From positions 1 through 39,000 of the forward strand of contig NW_025214096.1 in the NCBI RefSeq assembly GCF_004010195.1: a DNA stretch of 39,000 bases. The letters run 5' to 3'. A model generated the notes under the pieces. That model saw only the letters and a list, made by a program, of their open reading frames with translations, was not told the DNA's origin and searched no databases. A program made the translations under genes and the position numbers. Position 1 is the stretch's first letter; each line of letters opens with the position of its first letter. The DNA comes from Chiloscyllium plagiosum. Taxonomy: Eukaryota. Of the stretch, positions 33,148 to 39,000 are shown in pieces.

Positions 33148-35403
33148 GGATGCATTCAGGGTCATCCGAGATAATGACTGTAATATTCCAGTCCAACGTT
33201 CATCGCCCTGAGTTTACCTGTCAGTCCTGTTGTATTAAAATAAACACAACTTAATCCAACAGGCGTTCCTTGCTTCCTGTCATGTTCCAGGCAGAGAGTA
33301 GATGGGCGACCACCAGGAATAGCAAAGGGAGTGCAGGAATCCCCTGTGGCCATTCCGCTCGAAAACATTTTGGATTATTGGGGGCGATGACCGTTCAGGG
33401 GAAAGCAGCAGGAGCCAGGTTGGTGGTACTACCACTGGCTCTGGGGCACAGCGGGAAAGGGTAAAGTTAAACAGGTCGTTAAAGATAGGAGGGTCGATTG
33501 TTAGTGGGACAGATCAGAGATTCTGTGGTCACAAACGGGAATCCAGGATGGTGCGTTATTTCCCAGGTGCTATGGTCCAGTATGTCTCCAAGTGGCTGCA
33601 AACATTCTCAAGGGGGAAGGGGAGCAGCCGGAAATCATTATGCACGTTGGCACAAATGATACCCGGAGAAATAGGGATGAGGTCCTGCAGCGTGATTACA
33701 GAACGCTAGGAGAAACACATTTAAAAAAAAAAATCGTTGACAGTGGTAATCTCCTGAGAGGGAGATTACCGTCCGAGACATGCACTGGAGGGACGCTAAT
33801 ATCTTGTCGGCCAGTTTTGCTTGGGTTACAAGGGAGGGTTTAAACTAGATTGGCAGGTGGTGGTATCCTCAAGATCAGGGAGGAAAGTGGAAGGAGATAC
33901 AGTAATCAGAAATAGTAAGGTTAGGCTGGAAAACGACAGAGAGAAAGTAATGCATTTTGGATTAAATTGCATCTGTTTCAATGCAAGAGGGTTGACAGGT
34001 AAGGCCGATGAACTCAGGGCGTAGATAGGTAGGTGGGACTGGAATATTATAGCCATTACAGAAACATGGCTAAGTGATGGATAGGTGTGACAGCTTAATG
34101 TGCGAGGGAACAGGTGCATTAGGCGAGACAGAGGTGGTAGAAGGAGGGGAGGGGGAGTTGCATGTCTGATTAAGGGGAGAACCACAGCATTAATCAGAGG
34201 TAAAATGACTAATGGGTCACCCAGTGAGGCTTTGTGGGTGGAGTTTAGAAATAGGAAGGGAATGGTGAGGTGATTGGGGTTGTAAAATAGGCTCCCAAAT
34301 AGTCAACAGGAATGAGAGTAACAAATATCCAGGGAGAGAGGGGAGAACTGCAGAAGCAATAGGGTTATCATAATACTGTTTTTTCTAATATAGGCTGGAA
34401 CAGCCAGAATGTTAAGTGATTTGATGAGGTAAAATCTGTTAAATGCGTCAGGAAAGTTTCCTCAAGCAGTAAATAGAGTGTCCGACTCGGAAAGGGGCAA
34501 ACTTCGAAATTTTCTTAGTAAATAGGGCATGACAGGTGTCTGGGCTAATAGTGGGGGAGCACTTTGGGACCACGAACCATAGTTCTATTGGTTTTCAAAT
34601 AGTTATGGAGAATGACAAAACTGGTCCTCATGTTCATGTTCGAACTTGGGGTGTGGCTCAGGTACAGGCAGCTCGGATCAACGGAATCCCTGGAGATATA
34701 TAAGGGATACAGGAGTTTTCTGAAGAAGGAAAGCAGTAGGGTGAAAAGGGGGCAAGAAAGAGCCTTGGCTGAGAAGATTAGGATGAATCCAAAAAGGTAC
34801 TTTAAATATATTAAAAGAAAAAAAATAACTGCGGAGAAAATAGGACGCCTCGAAGACCAATGTGGACAAGTATGTGTGGAACTATAAGAGATGTGTGAAG
34901 TCCTCAACGAATATTTCTACTCTATGTTTACCGTGGAGAAAGACATGATGACTTGAGAACTTGAGGAAGTTAGTGGTGATATCTTAGGGACAATCCATAT
35001 CATAGTCGAGGAGATTTTGGACGTACGAGAATGTTTGAAAGTTGATAAATCTCACGGTCCTTACCCGATATATCCAAGAACACCTCTAGGGAATTCAGAA
35101 GAATTTGCGGGAACCCTGGCTTATAATGTTGATCATCATTAAAGTAATGTCCCGGAAGACTGGAGGTTGGAAAATATTGAGCCCTTATTCAAGAGGAACT
35201 GAGCAAAAAAGCCTTGGAACTACAGATCAGTAGGTAAGTTACTTGAGAAGGTTCTGAGGGATAAGATTTACATGCATTTAGAAAGACAGGCTTTGATTAG
35301 AAATAGTAAGTGTGGCTTTGTGCAAGGAAGTTTATGCCTGACAATTCTCTTAAAGTAATTGGATAATGTGACCAGGAATATTGACTTGGGTGGGGCAGTA
35401 GAT

Positions 35404-35607
35404 GTCGAAACATGTGGTGTTGGAAAAGCACAGCAGGTCAGGTAGCATTCGAGGGGCAGGAGAATCTATGTTTCGGACATAAGCCCTTCATCAGGAACTC
35501 CAAAACATCGATTCTCCTGTTCCTCTGATGCTGCCTGACCTGCCGTGTTTTTCCAGTGCCACATTTTTCGACACTGATCTCCAGCATCTGCCGTGCTTAC
35601 ATTCTCC
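35404..35607. mobile_element. Palindromic PLE-terminus element inserted in CR1
   Basis: Left arm is the minus-strand PLE end to CCCTTCATCAGGAA; right arm is the plus-strand end AAAACATCGATTCTCC...CTCCAGCATCTGC; GTAGAT occurs on both flanks. Confidence 0.8.
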
Positions 35608-36109
35608 AACGGTGGTAGATTTAGTCGATATGGATTTCAGTTACAGCAGAATAGAATGAGGCTTTTTAGCCCCTGGGGCCTGATATACAATTACAGGAGG
35701 TGGCCAATAAACCCCTAGGGCCTATTAAACTGTAACCAGATCATGCAGCATCAGTATCCAGTTGCACAGCAACAGAATCAGTCTATTCAGCTACTTGAAG
35801 TCAGGAACACAGGAAAAAGAAGAAGCCACAAAGTAACAGGACTATGGGGTATACTGGAATAAAACCAGGCTACATAGACCCTCAGACCTGCCCTTCCATT
35901 CAGTAAGTCAGGGCTGATCTGCACTCGGCAGCAATTTCTCTTTCATGTCCAATTCTTTGTAGCCCTCGACTCTCTGTCGGGTCAAAATCCATTGATACCC
36001 ACTCGCACCCCCCAAACATTTCAGTGATGTAGCCTCCTCTAACTGTCTGGTTCCAACCGTCACTAGCCCCTGAGAGAAGGAAACACTCCCCACACATATG
36101 CCTTGGCCT

Positions 36110-36560
36110 ATTGACATGTATAGAAGATATGAACACAGCGTAAAGTGACTGGCCCTGATATCAAAACAGGATTTGATAAAGCAAGATGTTAAGGACACTG
36201 AACAAATCGAACTTGATGAGAAGCAGTTGTAAACTCCCCACTGGTTGGATCATTCGGAACACCATTTGGCTAGTGGACATCAATCCTCCCAGTCCCTGGA
36301 TATCTCTGTGGACAATCCTCAGGATAGCTTCTTCGACACAAACATCTTCAGCTGCTTCATCAAAGTCTTTCCCTCTGTCATACGATCAGTGCTGGAGATG
36401 TTCTGTGAAGATTATACAATGTTCAGAACAATGAGTCGCCTCCTAAGGTACTAAGGTATCAAATCTTGACAACATTTAAGCTTGCGCTGTTAATGTATAG
36501 GTAACATGAATCAAAAGCACTGCTGGGCACTAAACATTTCCACGGTTAAAAGAAAGAGGA
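36110..36560 (+). mobile_element. Highly decayed LINE RT fragment of a different CR1/L2-group family
   Basis: GCCCTGATATCAAAACAGGATTTGAT (LDIK.AFD-like), CCTCAGGATAGC (PQGS-like), TTCAGCTGCTTCATCAA, ATGTTCTGTGAAGAT (FADD-like). Confidence 0.55.
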
Positions 36561-36700
36561 ACGCCTTCAGCAACTCTAGCTGGTTTCACAGTAATATAAG
36601 AAAGCCATTCAGCCTATCAGATCTATTGGATAACAAGAGGCGCAAAGCGTTCACACGCTTCTGCCGGTTACACAAGAAGACAATTTAAAAAAAAAAAAAC

Positions 36701-37452
36701 AGGTGTTGGAATCCAAAATACACGCGCAGGAAGCTGGAAGAACAAAATAAGCAAGGCAGCATCAAGACTTTCAGAAGTGAACGCCTTGGATATAACCCTT
36801 CGTCAGGACTGTGGATGGGAGTAAGGGCGTCCATAGATAAAGGGGTAGGTGAGGAAGGAGGAGGCAGAGTGGCGAGGTGGGGATAAGGGATAAGTGGAGA
36901 TAAAGGGTATCAGCGGGTTGGTGATGGGAGTGCTGAATCCAGTTGGTAGCAGGACAAAAGGTTGCTCAGGGGAATGGAAGGCGGGGAGGAGTTGGGAAGC
37001 TAGTCGGGGGGATTGGAAGGGAGGTTATTTGAAATTGGAGAATTCAGTGTTGAGTCCCCGGTGTGCACACGTGACAGATGAGATCTTGTTCCTCTAAATT
37101 ATGGTTTGGTTCATTTTGGCAATGGAGGAGGCTAAGGATGACCATGTTGGAAAGGGATTGGGAAAGAGAATTGAAATAAGAAGTGACTGGGAGGTCTTCC
37201 ATTCCACCTAACGACCCTACCTTTCAGCTCGCAACTGGATTAATACCTCCCATCGCCCAAACAGGTTGCACCCACCACTTGTGTCCATATAGCCGTAACT
37301 TGCCATATCCCTGTTCTCCCCACCCCAAACACTCCCTTCCCTCTTTATCTGCAGCTCCCCCTACACCCCCCACCCCAGTTCTGAAGAACGGTTATACCTG
37401 AAATGTTGACTTTCCCTACTCATGATGCTGCCTGGCTTGCTGTTTTCTTCCA
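36701..37452. mobile_element. Inverted pair of old PLE 3' ends with hammerhead remnants
   Basis: Minus arm about 36701-37200 (CCCTTCGTCAGGACT = CTGACGA core); plus arm to 37452 with AGTT-CTGAAGA-ACGGTTATACCT-GAAA-TGTT-GACT near 37377-37411. Confidence 0.7.
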
Positions 37453-37842
37453 GCCTTCTGTTTGTCTCCTATAACTCAGGAAGATAGAGTCTAGTCAGCA
37501 CAACGTGTTGGTAGGCAGGAACCACGGGTTACCCACTGAAGTCCTTGAACCTCTGCCCTCGGGCCAGGAGGAAGACATTCAGTCCTTCGAGACACTGACA
37601 CATGAACAGAAGAGGCCATTCAGCCCCTCAAAACTGTTACACTGAAATAGGAGGATGTTATTGTTGCTGCAACACGACAGACCAATGAGGCATAGACTGC
37701 ACAAACAGACTGCACCATGTTGTTCTTCCTGGCTCCATTGCTAATGGTACACATGTGTTATGTTAATGTGGTTTGCTGACCATGAGGAGGGAAAGTGATT
37801 GGTTTGAGAGAAGTACCAAGGAGGCATCTTCCATCTCCGAGC

Positions 37843-38498
37843 TGTTATGGACTAGGCTAGACCACTCAAAACATTTTTAAGCAGGCAGCCCAAAGCATAC
37901 ATTTTAAATTTGTTTCGATAAGTGTACAATGAAAATTAGCTGGAGTAATTTAGCTAGGTTGACTAGTAGATTTTAAAACAGACAAAAACTTTATTCATAA
38001 AATTACACAATGCCACACAAACAACAGAATAAAGGATCAGGACAAAATTAAACCGATTCATCTAGACTTAAATATGCTGTTCCGAATATACACAACTGTC
38101 CCAAAAAGCAAACTCCCAATAAAAACCAGTATAAATGGAAGGCAAACTTCCAGGTTGAAGTTGAAGGTCAGAAAAGAGAGAGAGTTTCCACACAGCTCCC
38201 AGTTGAACTTCCCAGTTCAAAGCTCAACTGCAAACTGCTCAGCTCAGCTCAGCGAGTTCAGCTAAAATAGCTCACCACTCTCCGTTCATTATACTGGTCA
38301 CTTATAAAGCATGACCACTTTGGCCTGAAGTCTCATTTATTTCCATATAAATCAAAGGCCTCTGAAAATCATTTTCATCTCTGTACCAAACCTGAGTAAT
38401 CTGAGCTTGGCCCCGTTTTATGGTCCCTCTGAAAAGAAACAAGGCCAGAGTCTCCTTCAGCCAAGCTTTTCGACAAAACATGGACTAGCTTTGTGACA
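37843..38498 (-). mobile_element. 3' LTR of a Gypsy-type retrotransposon
   Basis: On the minus strand TGTCACAAAG...TCCATAACA (TG...CA), immediately preceded by the purine-rich tract TGGAGGGAGACA at 38499-38510. Confidence 0.8.
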
Positions 38499-38692
38499 TG
38501 TCTCCCTCCACGCCTTAAAAACAGAACCATCAATGCTAAAAGATGGCTGCCTTTTTAACCATTCAAACCCAGTTAGTAGTCCAAAAACAGACAGATACAC
38601 TATACTAACTGTAAACATTCAAACATGCACAAACCCATGCAAATTCAGGCCGCGGTACACCCACCAGCGAACACCTCTGTATCTCATTCGAG

Positions 38693-39000
38693 TCACAATA
38701 GCTCATCAGCTTTCACGTTTTCACGACCTGCCACATGCACAATGGACAGATTGAATGGCTGCAACAACAAGCTCCATCTAAACAGTCTGACATTTTTGTC
38801 CTTAATATTATCCACAAATGTCAATGTGTTGTGATCAGAGTATACAATTGTCTCAGATGCATTGCTGGTAATATAAACACAGTTATGATGTAATGCCAAC
38901 ACCAACTTTAAAGTCTCTTTCTTCAACGTTGAACATTTCTGTGGATGAACGTTCGACTTCCCAGAAAAAAAACCCGATAGGTCTTTCTATTCCCTCATCA
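38693..39000 (-). pseudogene. Ty3/Gypsy pol RNase H C-terminus (decayed), running off the window
   Basis: DEGIERPIGFF, KETLKLVLAL, SDHNTLTF, RLFRWSLLLQPF, HVAGRENVKAD match the typical E.E.LA / TDH / RL.RW / N..AD motifs. Confidence 0.88.

Larger units (their letters stand above)
32700..35640 (+). mobile_element. Decayed CR1 retaining ORF1 (Cys motif and esterase-like domain), APE endonuclease and start of RT
   Basis: SSCGMW...YTCGHCTQLQLL, ILKGEGEQPEIIMHVGTND, LNCICFNARGLTGKADELRA, AITETWL, NPKRYFKYIK. Confidence 0.85.

Noticed and set aside
35640..36110. Novel ~45-bp repeat (also near 37560-37650)
   Set aside because: Too degenerate to define; it resembles repeated CR1 3' tail motifs (GAGGCCATTCAGCCC).

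Overview
Eukaryotic, almost entirely repeat-derived DNA, most likely from an elasmobranch (shark/ray) given its HE1-type V-SINEs and CR1/Penelope families. No intact host protein-coding gene can be supported. Main contents: (1) a 44-bp tandem satellite at 1683-7716 (about 130 identical plus about 7 degenerate units) that creates three spurious ~1,900-2,000 aa ORFs; (2) decayed Penelope-like elements (PLEs) of two types, Neptune-like (61-1682, 13009-14846) and Poseidon-like (15247-17439, with a 345-bp inverted terminal repeat, 3' tail and 13-bp target-site duplication); (3) minimal hammerhead-ribozyme motifs (CTGANGA...GAAA) in PLE termini and in many short, often palindromic, PLE-derived inserts from about four sequence families; (4) many nested CR1 LINE fragments, SINEs and solo LTRs; (5) the 3' end of a Gypsy-type LTR element whose RNase H runs straight into the PPT and LTR, the Gmr1-like domain order; (6) repeated signs of locally templated insertions and ~180-220 bp flanking duplications, several next to PLE ends. 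There is a 21-N assembly gap at 32061-32081. All calls come from reading the sequence by eye; no database search or folding was run, and boundaries of decayed repeats are approximate.
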